Shown here piece after piece: positions 1 through 7,816 of a stretch of DNA of 56,911 nt (within the stretch, counting starts at the first letter, position 1; every line of letters starts with the position of its first letter). Under the pieces are notes generated by a model that saw only the letters and a list, made by a program, of their open reading frames with translations, had not been told where the DNA came from and ran no database searches. The translations under genes were made by a program, and so were the position numbers. Origin of the DNA: a virus; IMG/VR virus record IMGVR_UViG_3300045988_169529, positions 1-56,911 of that record, one strand, 5' to 3'.

Positions 1-55
1 AAACTGGATGCGATAAACAAGTCCATGAAAAACTTATTCAAATAACTCAAAACTA
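1..55. repeat. Left copy of a perfect 55-bp inverted terminal repeat
   Basis: nt 1-55 are the exact reverse complement of nt 56857-56911 (checked base by base). Identity ends at nt 56. Confidence 0.95.
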
Positions 56-62
56 GATTAAT

Positions 63-431
63 ATGAAACAGACAGTAGAAGAAGTGGCAAGGGGATATTC
101 CAATGATTGCAGAAACAGGCAGCGTCATTGTGAACCATACTGCATTGTTGACTTTATTTCTGGTGCCGAATGGCAGTCAAAGCAATCACCTTGGATAAGT
201 GTTAAGGAGCGGTTGCCGGAAGAAGGACAAAAAGTTTTCGTTTTGACAATGTGTTGTGGTGTTTCACGCATTCTAATTGAAAGGTTTTATAAAATAAATG
301 CTTTTGATAAAGATAATAGATGGATTTTTGGAAATAGTATCGTGCTGGCATGGTTTCCTATCCCGTCTTTCGATGATATACTCGAAGAGAACAGGGATGT
401 ACTTGAACGGATTAAAGAGAAAGGAGATTAA
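63..431 (+). CDS. DUF551-like phage protein
   Basis: 122-aa ORF with a WISVKERLPEEGQKVFVL segment typical of DUF551 phage proteins. It is the first gene inward of the left repeat. Confidence 0.55.
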   Translation: MKQTVEEVARGYSNDCRNRQRHCEPYCIVDFISGAEWQSKQSPWISVKERLPEEGQKVFVLTMCCGVSRILIERFYKINAFDKDNRWIFGNSIVLAWFPIPSFDDILEENRDVLERIKEKGD

Positions 432-432
432 T

Positions 433-582
433 ATGGATAACAAAGAACTATCTGATAAAATAATTGATATTGTAAGAACTATACGAAAAATACCTAGAGA
501 ACAAATCAAGAATCCTTTCGAGATACAAGTTATTGTAGTTAAACCTAAAGATTATGAAAATAAAGAATATAGGACAACTTAG
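433..582 (+). CDS. Small hypothetical protein (49 aa)
   Basis: ATG at 433 is preceded by AAGGAG (421-426). It is a sub-ORF of the 298..582 track ORF. Confidence 0.4.
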   Translation: MDNKELSDKIIDIVRTIRKIPREQIKNPFEIQVIVVKPKDYENKEYRTT

Positions 583-769
583 AAAAATCATAGAAAACCT
601 TTCCGATGATTTTGAAATCGAGATGCGTATCAGACGCAAATTGACGGATGAAGAATTGAAAAATTGCAGATACCCTTATCCTTACGATACAGAGTATTTA
701 ACTTTGGAATTTGACGATATAGGCGTTTCTAACAAAGTATTGTGTTTGGGTGTAACTTCTAATGAATGA
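554..769 (+). CDS. Hypothetical small protein
   Basis: 71-aa ORF. Its N-terminus (NIGQLRKIIENLSDD) resembles that of the 56360..56632 product (TVGELIEKLKKMP). Confidence 0.45.
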   Translation: MKIKNIGQLRKIIENLSDDFEIEMRIRRKLTDEELKNCRYPYPYDTEYLTLEFDDIGVSNKVLCLGVTSNE

Positions 770-975
770 ACGGTATGGAAATAAATAACGGAATAATAAT
801 AGATGGGGTGTTGCATGAATCATCAGAAGGATTTTGTAATGAGTGTTCCTTATACCGGGAATGTTGTAATATTTTAGATGATACCTATTGTTCCATACTA
901 GATTTGGGAATAGGTCAGTGTTTTGTCTGTCGTGGTAAAGTAACGGATATTAAAACAGAGGAGGAAAAGAAATGA
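766..975 (+). CDS. Cys-rich small protein, possibly zinc-binding
   Basis: 69 aa with 7 Cys, including CNECSLYRECC and CFVC. ATGA start/stop overlap with the upstream ORF. Confidence 0.5.
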   Translation: MNGMEINNGIIIDGVLHESSEGFCNECSLYRECCNILDDTYCSILDLGIGQCFVCRGKVTDIKTEEEKK

Positions 976-1256
976 AACAGGTATTGTCATTTGATCAGAC
1001 GAAACATTTACAAGAACTTGGATTATACCATATCTACACCTTGCCGGATATTCTCGACAATTTACCTTGTTTCATCGGCAATCAAGTGCTGACCATGCAA
1101 AAACTTGCAGATAGCTATACATGCTTGTATGTGGAACCTTATACTAGGTCTATCGGAAATATCACAGAAGGTAAAGAAATCATTGATGCAGCATACGAAA
1201 TGTTGTGCTGGTGCATTGAAAACGGATATGTTAAAGTTGGGAAGGAGGAATTATGA
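972..1256 (+). CDS. Hypothetical protein
   Basis: 94-aa ORF. GAGGAGG lies 8 nt upstream of the ATG, and the start overlaps the upstream stop. Confidence 0.6.
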   Translation: MKQVLSFDQTKHLQELGLYHIYTLPDILDNLPCFIGNQVLTMQKLADSYTCLYVEPYTRSIGNITEGKEIIDAAYEMLCWCIENGYVKVGKEEL

Positions 1257-1531
1257 AAGCAAGAATAAAATCAACTGGAGAAATTGTAGAGATTAAGGAT
1301 TTATATGATGATGGTACTGCATTGGTGGGAAACATGTATATCAAGGTGTCAGAACTTAATTTCTTTAGTGAAAACATTGATTGGGAACAACGTAGGTACG
1401 AATTGGCAAAAGACATTATTAAAATTGTTATAGCAAACGACTATGGTGTTAATTCTGATGTAGTCGCTAAATATTCGCTTAATTGCGCTGATGCCCTAAT
1501 TAAAAGATTAAAGGAGAATAATTATGAATAG
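1253..1531 (+). CDS. Hypothetical protein
   Basis: 92-aa ORF with AAGGAGG at 1242-1248 just upstream. Tightly packed in the operon. Confidence 0.6.
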   Translation: MKARIKSTGEIVEIKDLYDDGTALVGNMYIKVSELNFFSENIDWEQRRYELAKDIIKIVIANDYGVNSDVVAKYSLNCADALIKRLKENNYE

Positions 1532-1736
1532 CGTACAGACACAAACACTTTCCATTAACGGAGATGGAGGTGGTGAAGCATATATTGACTTTTGCAACGG
1601 TCAGTTATGTATTTCAGTTGTCATAGAAGGGAAACAGGCGGATTTTCACTTTGAGCCTGTTACGTTAAAGATGTTTGCCCATGCTTATAAATTACATTGT
1701 GAAGAGTGTGATAACCAACAAAAGAAAGGAGAATAA
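1524..1736 (+). CDS. Hypothetical protein
   Basis: 70-aa ORF with AAGGAG at 1511-1516. Confidence 0.55.
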   Translation: MNSVQTQTLSINGDGGGEAYIDFCNGQLCISVVIEGKQADFHFEPVTLKMFAHAYKLHCEECDNQQKKGE

Positions 1737-1738
1737 CC

Positions 1739-2119
1739 ATGACCGAAGAACTTGTAACATTAGAAACAGCAAAGCTGCTGAAAGAGAAAGGGTTTAATTG
1801 GAAGTGTGAACACACAATAAGTTGCGATAATATTATTAGAAGATACGACATTCCGCAAAGTATGTCATGTTGTACGGAAATAGATAACGAACCAGTTGAA
1901 TTTTTGTGCCCAGTGTTGTATGTTGCCCAAAAGTGGCTACGTGAAACCAAGAACCTGCATATCGAAATATCCTATATGTATGGAAATTATTGGATATATG
2001 ATATACTAACAATTCCGAGGCATGACTTGATAGGATTGTCTGACAGGCCTATTGTCCGTTATAATACCTACGAGGAAGCACTAGAAGCTGGGATACAGGA
2101 AGCATTAAAACTTATATAA
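1739..2119 (+). CDS. Hypothetical protein
   Basis: 126-aa ORF with AAAGGAG at 1725-1731. Confidence 0.6.
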   Translation: MTEELVTLETAKLLKEKGFNWKCEHTISCDNIIRRYDIPQSMSCCTEIDNEPVEFLCPVLYVAQKWLRETKNLHIEISYMYGNYWIYDILTIPRHDLIGLSDRPIVRYNTYEEALEAGIQEALKLI

Positions 2120-2121
2120 AA

Positions 2122-2757
2122 ATGAAAAAGATATCTTTCAATGATAAATTTGGATTAACACAAGCGGTGTTGGATGGTCGTAAGACTATGACGAGAAGAA
2201 TAATCAAATGTCCTGGAACTTTTAAAGGAGAATGGGTTGCTGGATTCAATATACACAGATGTCATTCTGATAAAAAGATTGTTGGCTATCCTTGTATGTA
2301 TGATGCTGATGGAAGGGAATTTGATTCGGGAGAAATTATTTCACGCTATAAGGTTGGTGAAGTTGTTGCCATTGCGCAAAGCTATGAAACCGTTTACCAT
2401 GAACAAGGATTGGAAACACTTGATATGTTAGTTAGTGGTTGGAAGTATAGCAAAGGTTGGCGTAATAAACTCTTTGTCCGCGCTGACCTCATGATACATC
2501 AGATCCGAATTACCAATCTCAAGGTTGAACGTTTACAGGACATTAGCGATGAAGATTGCTTGAAAGAAGGGATATATGAAGATTCGGGTGATGATGAGTT
2601 TCCACCATCTATATTTTATGAATTTGAGGGAAACAAAGACGATGGATTTGATAATCCACGTGAAGCCTTTGCCGCCCTCATAGATAAAGTATCCGGCAAG
2701 GGTACATGGGAATCCAATCCTTATGTTTTCGTATATGAATTTAAACTGATTGATTAA
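2122..2757 (+). CDS. ASCH-domain-like phage protein
   Basis: The N-terminal AVLDGRKTMTRRI motif matches the GRKTxTRR signature of phage ASCH-like proteins. 211 aa. Confidence 0.5.
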   Translation: MKKISFNDKFGLTQAVLDGRKTMTRRIIKCPGTFKGEWVAGFNIHRCHSDKKIVGYPCMYDADGREFDSGEIISRYKVGEVVAIAQSYETVYHEQGLETLDMLVSGWKYSKGWRNKLFVRADLMIHQIRITNLKVERLQDISDEDCLKEGIYEDSGDDEFPPSIFYEFEGNKDDGFDNPREAFAALIDKVSGKGTWESNPYVFVYEFKLID

Positions 2758-2775
2758 CAGATAGAGAGTAAATTT

Positions 2776-3369
2776 ATGAACAATATTAATTTGAACGAAC
2801 TACGGAATCGTGCTTATAAGACCGCCTGTGAGCACGGTTTCCATGATAAAGAATTGAGTAACGAACACTGCCTTTGCCTTATCGTTGGAGAGCTTATGGA
2901 AGCTGTGGAAGCGGATAGAAAGGGAAGATTAGGAAAGAAATGTAAATCACGTTTTGAAATGGACTATAATCGCTATCCTGCATTAGTGGAAGAAGAAAAG
3001 CGATTTAAGTGTTCCTTTGAAAAGCATGTAAAAGATACACTTCCAGACGAACTAAGTAATGCGGTTATATGCCTGTTTGACTTTGCAGGACTTCGAGGGA
3101 TAAGCCTTGAATCTGCTAGTAATGATATTAACTCCGAATATATGGATGATATTGCCTACATGTACAGCCAATTGAGTTTCACGGAAGCGATATATTCCAT
3201 ATTTACCAAACCAATTGTAGATTACCAGTATCTTTCTACGATTGTAAATGAGATGATATTTTCAATCTTTGCACTAGCCAAACATCTTGGCATAGATTTG
3301 CTATGGCATATTGAGCAGAAACAAAGATATAACGAATTAAGACCTAAGTTGAACGGAAAAAGATATTGA
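2776..3369 (+). CDS. MazG-like (all-alpha) nucleotide pyrophosphohydrolase family protein
   Basis: YKTACEHGFHD....LIVGELMEAVEADRKG fits the E-x2-E-A-x-E-A-x-R metal-binding helix of the MazG/NTP-PPase family. Confidence 0.5.
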   Translation: MNNINLNELRNRAYKTACEHGFHDKELSNEHCLCLIVGELMEAVEADRKGRLGKKCKSRFEMDYNRYPALVEEEKRFKCSFEKHVKDTLPDELSNAVICLFDFAGLRGISLESASNDINSEYMDDIAYMYSQLSFTEAIYSIFTKPIVDYQYLSTIVNEMIFSIFALAKHLGIDLLWHIEQKQRYNELRPKLNGKRY

Positions 3370-3614
3370 TTATGAAAACAATTATATTTACAATCATATG
3401 TATTATCGCCCTATTATGGGTTGGAGATCTCACAATTACATTTAAGCCGTTTTCTATATCACTTCCCAGTTGGTATAAGCCTGTAGGTATCATCCTGTTT
3501 GTGTTGGCAATGGCGGTATATAACATTGGAGAATACGCTAAAGGGTATAAGCATGGTTTCGATGATGGGTTAAAGGAATGTATTGAAACGATTAAGAGAA
3601 ATGGAAAGAATTGA
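3366..3614 (+). CDS. Small membrane protein (2 predicted TM helices)
   Basis: 82 aa with hydrophobic stretches IIFTIICIIALLWVG and VGIILFVLAMAVYNI. ATGA overlap with the upstream gene. Confidence 0.5.
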   Translation: MIMKTIIFTIICIIALLWVGDLTITFKPFSISLPSWYKPVGIILFVLAMAVYNIGEYAKGYKHGFDDGLKECIETIKRNGKN

Positions 3615-3861
3615 GCACATAGCCACAATTGATTTCTGTTACTGGCGTTTGGAAATGCTCTGTCAACAACTTTCTAATACCAAGTCAAACATCGAAAGAC
3701 TAGTCGATAAGGCTTGCGGTTATAACGAAACCGAAGAGATAAGGAAGGAGTGCATAACGCTTGTAGAGCAAATTATTGAAAGTAAGAAATCAATCGGGGA
3801 GAATTTTACAAGAGATATATGTTTTTTGAATAAATTAAAAAAGGGAAATAAACTCTCATAG
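3601..3861 (+). CDS. Hypothetical protein
   Basis: The track ORF 3583..3861 starts at a TTG. The in-frame ATG at 3601 is more plausible. Last small gene before the terS promoter region. Confidence 0.45.
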   Translation: MERIEHIATIDFCYWRLEMLCQQLSNTKSNIERLVDKACGYNETEEIRKECITLVEQIIESKKSIGENFTRDICFLNKLKKGNKLS

Positions 3862-3926
3862 TTGATTCCTAAAATGTTAATATATATATCTACGCTATTT
3901 TTAAGAACAGAAATTAAATAACAGGT

Positions 3927-3957
3927 TTTGTTTTTATTCAGATTTTTTGTAATTTTG
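3927..3957 (+). promoter_or_regulatory. Candidate Bacteroidota-type promoter (-33 TTTG / -7 TAATTTTG) upstream of terS
   Basis: TTTG at 3927-3930 and TAATTTTG at 3950-3957 (spacing 19 nt) match TTTG-N19-21-TAnnTTTG. It lies in a 153-nt gap before the terS ATG, and two small hairpins follow. Confidence 0.45.
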
Positions 3958-4014
3958 AATTATAATGTTTCCGTGTAAAGGGGCACGGTACGTTCTTCGG
4001 ACGAAAAGACTTTT

Positions 4015-4512
4015 ATGGGAAAAAAACTCGTAGCAAATAGAGAAAATTTCTGCCATTATTATATGGAAACGGGTAATGCTACAGATGCATATCGGAAAGC
4101 TTACCCTAATAGTATTGGATGGAAGGATGGGGTCGTTAGTAAGCGTGCATTTGAATTACTGAGAAATCCATCTGTCGCATCCCGTGTAAATGAATTGCAG
4201 GCTGATATCTTAAAAAAGTCTGATATGAAGAAGGAAGATGCATTGCGCTTCCTTACAAATGTGGTAAATGTAGACCCTATAGATCTCCAATTAAAAGGTA
4301 AAGATACGTTTATTGTCCGTTCTCTTGATAATATACCAAAACCAGTCCGATGTTGCATCCAATCGATTAAGAATACTCAATATGGAGTAGAGATACGGCT
4401 ATATAGCAAAATAGCCGCCATTACACAGATAAGCAAGATGCTTGGATGGGATGCTCCAGTAAAAAGTGATGTCAGTACCAATGTGCGCATGATAATTGGG
4501 GACGAGCAATGA
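4015..4512 (+). CDS. terS: Terminase small subunit (Terminase_2/P27-like)
   Basis: NRENFCHYYMETGNATDAYRKAYPNS is the classic N-terminal HTH signature of this TerS family. Its stop overlaps the terL start. Confidence 0.8.
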   Translation: MGKKLVANRENFCHYYMETGNATDAYRKAYPNSIGWKDGVVSKRAFELLRNPSVASRVNELQADILKKSDMKKEDALRFLTNVVNVDPIDLQLKGKDTFIVRSLDNIPKPVRCCIQSIKNTQYGVEIRLYSKIAAITQISKMLGWDAPVKSDVSTNVRMIIGDEQ

Positions 4513-6518
4513 TAGAGATGGTATTCTCGTATAAATTGTTTAATCCCCTGTTTTGGCATATCCGTGAGGCGATGCATGACAAGGATATCCGGTATATTAT
4601 AAACAGAGGTGGTTCTTCATCAGGGAAATCTGTATCTACGACACAATCCGTGTTGTTGTCTGTATTCTCTGGAGAAGGTTCGGCTCTCGTTGTGAGAAAA
4701 GTTGGAGCGAGCCTGAAGAATACGGTATATGAAGAGTTTAAGACCCAAATGAAAGCTCTTCAATTGAGTCAGTTCTTCACCCCAAAGGAAAATAATATAA
4801 CCTGTATAAATGGTTGCAAAATCGACTTTACAGGATTGGACGATCCCGAAAAGATAAAGTCTATCACAGGATATCGCTGGATAGTGATGGAGGAAGCCAC
4901 TGAGTTTGAATATGAGGATTTCACACAGATACGTTTCCGCCTACGAGGAAAGGAGGGCCTACAGATTATATGCAACTTTAATCCGGTATCAGAGGACTCG
5001 TGGATAAAAACCAAGATTCTTGATACATACGAGTGGGATGAGCATCCGAATGATTTGTACGGGAAAGTAAAATATCCGATAAAAAGGAGTTTATTACCTA
5101 AGGATTATAGCCGGATACTAGGAAAGAGATATAATAAATCTAGAATGATAGCTAATGAGCGTACGGGAAAAATGGAAAGATATCCATCGGATACGGTAGA
5201 GCTGCATTCTTCGTATAAGAACAACTTCTGGGTAGTAGGTTCTCCGGACGGGAAGTATGGATACTATGACAGACAGACGATATCTAATTACCAATGGTAC
5301 AAGGATCATGATTATAATTACTACAGGGTATACGCATTGGGAGAATGGGGAAGCATTAAGACAGGAGGAGAGTTCCTGTATGCATTTGATTCAAACAAAC
5401 ACATAAAAACGACACACTACATTAAAGGGATGCCGGTTCATATATCAATTGATAACAATGTGCTCCCTTATATTTCAATATCATTTTTCCAGGTGGATGG
5501 AAGTAGTATAAGGCAGTTTAACGAGATATGCGCCAGTGATCCGTTCAACACGGTAACACAGGCTTCAAAAATGGCGGTAGATTACCTGAAATCAATAAGG
5601 TATAATGATATGCTGTATCTGTACGGAGATGCTTCGACAAAAAACGGGAACACTATAGACGAAGAGAAGAGATCGTTTCTTGATAAGTTCGTGGAAGGGC
5701 TGGAAAGCGATTACCATGTTGAGGAGAGGATACCGGCTTCTAACCCGTCCGTACCGATGTCAGGTGAATTTGTAAACTACATGCTCGATGGAGGCTCGGG
5801 TATGTCATTTTCGGTAGATGATGGATGTAAAAACTCGATAGTCGATTATAACAATGCCAAGAAGGACGTTAATGGAGGGGTGCTGAAAAAAAGAGTAAAG
5901 GATAAGATTACAGGACAGTCTTATGAGAGATACGGTCACTTGGTGGATTGTCTGCGATATATTACTGTATGGGTATTCAAGGATGAATATACTCGTTTCT
6001 CTTTGAAAAGGAAACGAAGTAAAATTAAACAGGAAAATAAAGATATGAGATATTTTGATATGTCTAAAAATATTCAGGGGACAAGACTTGTATATGTTCT
6101 TCCCGAATATGCCGGAAAGTTCATTATCGTTTCGTGCTATGTAAATGAGGGAATATATATAGATAATGTGACATATACAGGATCATTTGATGAGACTGTT
6201 CTCCTGTCATTTTTAGAGGGCATATCTCCTGTGGAAGTGTTGTTTGAAAGTGAGAAAAATTATTTCCCCATAGCACGGGGCTTAAGGGATAGATATGATG
6301 TCAGAATTATGCATAAAAATATGGGAACAGATGCTAGGGTATCTGCTTTTCTGGATTTTATCAAAAATAATGTGATGTTTCGTGCAGACTATGATGAGAT
6401 CCCGCAATACAATGAGTTTATGGATGGGATATTGGATTATAATGGTTCAGATGATTGCGCTGCAATTTATTCTGTCGCCTCCTTGGCTTATTACGTGTCG
6501 AAAAAATATAATATATAA
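4509..6518 (+). CDS. terL: Terminase large subunit, PBSX/Terminase_3-like, with an extra C-terminal region of about 170 aa
   Basis: Walker A NRGGSSSGKS, Walker B/coupling WIVMEEATEF, NFNP motif and nuclease-like ISIDNN..YGDAS..GHLVDCLRY. At 669 aa it is longer than I expect for this family. Confidence 0.85.
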   Translation: MIEMVFSYKLFNPLFWHIREAMHDKDIRYIINRGGSSSGKSVSTTQSVLLSVFSGEGSALVVRKVGASLKNTVYEEFKTQMKALQLSQFFTPKENNITCINGCKIDFTGLDDPEKIKSITGYRWIVMEEATEFEYEDFTQIRFRLRGKEGLQIICNFNPVSEDSWIKTKILDTYEWDEHPNDLYGKVKYPIKRSLLPKDYSRILGKRYNKSRMIANERTGKMERYPSDTVELHSSYKNNFWVVGSPDGKYGYYDRQTISNYQWYKDHDYNYYRVYALGEWGSIKTGGEFLYAFDSNKHIKTTHYIKGMPVHISIDNNVLPYISISFFQVDGSSIRQFNEICASDPFNTVTQASKMAVDYLKSIRYNDMLYLYGDASTKNGNTIDEEKRSFLDKFVEGLESDYHVEERIPASNPSVPMSGEFVNYMLDGGSGMSFSVDDGCKNSIVDYNNAKKDVNGGVLKKRVKDKITGQSYERYGHLVDCLRYITVWVFKDEYTRFSLKRKRSKIKQENKDMRYFDMSKNIQGTRLVYVLPEYAGKFIIVSCYVNEGIYIDNVTYTGSFDETVLLSFLEGISPVEVLFESEKNYFPIARGLRDRYDVRIMHKNMGTDARVSAFLDFIKNNVMFRADYDEIPQYNEFMDGILDYNGSDDCAAIYSVASLAYYVSKKYNI

Positions 6519-6537
6519 TTGGTATATTTTTAAGATA

Positions 6538-6553
6538 TATCAAAGCTTTGATA
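6538..6553. promoter_or_regulatory. Perfect 16-bp palindrome TATCAAAGCTTTGATA flanked by 15-bp direct repeats
   Basis: The palindrome was read directly. ATTGGTATATTTTTA occurs at 6518-6532 and 6582-6596. It sits in the convergent gap after terL. Confidence 0.6.
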
Positions 6554-6699
6554 AAAAAACATCGGGTGTTATACAAAAAGTATTGGTATATTTTTAATAT
6601 TTTTTTTCTCGTGGGTATTTTTAGGGTATTGCGAAATGATATGACTTTAATTTATCTAAACAACACGATTCAAAACGTGATTTTAAATATAGTTTTAAT

Positions 6700-6729
6700 A
6701 AAAAAATAACCGACAATTAATGCCGGTTA
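6700..6729 (-). terminator. Rho-independent terminator of the RHH gene
   Basis: Stem TAACCG/CGGTTA (6707-6712 / 6724-6729) is followed on the minus strand by a T7 run (A7 at 6700-6706). Confidence 0.5.
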
Positions 6730-6944
6730 CCGTGATAGTATCTTATAGCCTCATTGACATATAATGATACCGATTGCTCCTTATCCAATATAGCTGCCAC
6801 GTCCTCCTCTATTATAACAAGTATTCTTTTCACACCATTAACCTTCGGTCTTCGGGGCACACCATTGCTGTCCAATATCCTATATATCGTTTGCTCAGGC
6901 TTTGAAGATAATAGCAAAGATATCAATTCTAAAACGAAATACAA
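6717..6944 (-). CDS. Ribbon-helix-helix (CopG/Arc-like) DNA-binding protein
   Basis: The C-terminal KRILVIIEEDVAAILDKEQSVSLYVNEAIRYY fits a beta-strand/helix/helix RHH pattern. The start codon is uncertain. Confidence 0.45.
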   Translation of the reverse strand: MYFVLELISLLLSSKPEQTIYRILDSNGVPRRPKVNGVKRILVIIEEDVAAILDKEQSVSLYVNEAIRYYHGNRH

Positions 6945-7112
6945 AAAGAAAACTATATTAATTAGTTATAAGAAGCCAATGTTGAAACAAAAACCAATCT
7001 TCTTAAAAAATTGCCATTAATGCAATATTTTTTACTTGCAAGATGAATGAAGAGAATTAATAGAACGGCAAGACTGGCGAGTTTGTATATTTATTGACAG
7101 GAAACGAATGTT

Positions 7113-7313
7113 ATGGAATGGGATCGGAAAACAACTAAATCAACATCTAATTCTCCATTCGAAAGTGGTGATGGGCAAAATGCTGTTATATTTATAGGGA
7201 CAAATGATGTTCAAAAAATAGGGTTTCAAGCAACCTATTCGGGGCAATTTATTAAGATCAGGCTATATTGGGTCGGTAGTTGGGGTAAATGGCAAACTTT
7301 TTCTTTGACATAA
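7113..7313 (+). CDS. Short fibre-tip-like fragment, in opposite orientation to the cassette array
   Basis: The 66-aa ORF ends QFIKIRLYWVGSWGKWQTF, homologous to the end of tip E (VFYIRQKLGDNWGKWAKY). It has its own terminator downstream. Confidence 0.4.
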   Translation: MEWDRKTTKSTSNSPFESGDGQNAVIFIGTNDVQKIGFQATYSGQFIKIRLYWVGSWGKWQTFSLT

Positions 7314-7417
7314 AAACGATAGCATTTAATTTTATTATCACTATCTTTGTAAGGAAATGCAGATTCTCTCATAAATGACTTTACTTATAGGGTTTATAGA
7401 TTTTTTAAACCATTTTT

Positions 7418-7450
7418 AAGCAGTTGCCCGTGATGGATAGCTGCTTTTTT
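7418..7450 (+). terminator. Hairpin plus T6 terminator (plus strand)
   Basis: AAGCAG..(loop)..CTGCTT followed by TTTTTT (7445-7450). Confidence 0.5.
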
Positions 7451-7469
7451 AGACTACGCTGTTCTGCCC

Positions 7470-7488
7470 CATCCCAGAAGTACAAAAT
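7470..7488 (-). repeat. Junction repeat A (terminal stub)
   Basis: tcccagaagtacaaaat (7472-7488) is identical to 8456-8472. The coding strand reads FVLLGWGRTA-stop. Confidence 0.85.
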
Positions 7489-7490
7489 TC

Positions 7491-7811
7491 CTATACCTGT
7501 GTCAAATCTATTTTATTCCATCCAAAATTGGTATGGTTAAGTTGTCTCACATACAATTTAAACCCATCTGAAACAGAATAAAAAGCGAACTGGACTTTAT
7601 ATGAATGCCCAATGACAAATAGCGGTCCCCAACTTTGGGTAAATGGAGCATTGGAAATGTCACCAAATATTTCATACCAACCATTGTCTACTGCTAGATT
7701 TGCATCACTAACTCTCCCTCTATACATGAATGGAAACAGCTTCAAATTAGTGAACAGTTCTCCCAGCTCTCGATTTTTGGTTAGAATCATGTCAAAGATA
7801 CGGTTTGCCAA
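7491..7811 (-). CDS. Fibre-tip cassette B
   Basis: 106-aa ORF with NRELGELF near its N-terminus. The C-terminal part (WGPLFVIG..KLYVRQLNHTNFGWNKI) is homologous to tip E. Confidence 0.6.
   Translation of the reverse strand: MANRIFDMILTKNRELGELFTNLKLFPFMYRGRVSDANLAVDNGWYEIFGDISNAPFTQSWGPLFVIGHSYKVQFAFYSVSDGFKLYVRQLNHTNFGWNKIDLTQV
7756..7772 (-). repeat. Junction repeat B
   Basis: ctcccagctctcg (7760-7772) is identical to 8131-8143. It encodes R-E-L-G-E. Confidence 0.85.
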
Positions 7812-7816
7812 TTACT

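Noticed and set aside
433-769. Frameshift joining 433..582 and 554..769
   Set aside because: There is no slippery run in the 29-nt overlap. The first ORF has its own AAGGAG and the second has its own ATG, and the two products look like independent small paralogue-type proteins.
63-3861. Shine-Dalgarno usage (AAGGAGG before many left-arm genes, none before capsid, protease or tape measure) as evidence that the left arm is foreign or chimeric
   Set aside because: SD-like motifs also precede minus-strand genes (AAGGAG before the primase-helicase, AGGAG before the 14081..17254 spike). The pattern therefore does not cleanly separate the arms.
7041-7112. An inverted copy of the CTGGGA junction upstream of the plus-strand tip fragment, which would indicate an invertase-type shufflon
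   Set aside because: I found only a weak resemblance (ACTGGCGAGTTTGT). It is not in frame with the ORF and a stop codon intervenes. All five clear junctions are in direct orientation, so a Gin/Cin/Rci-style inversion system is not supported by this window.
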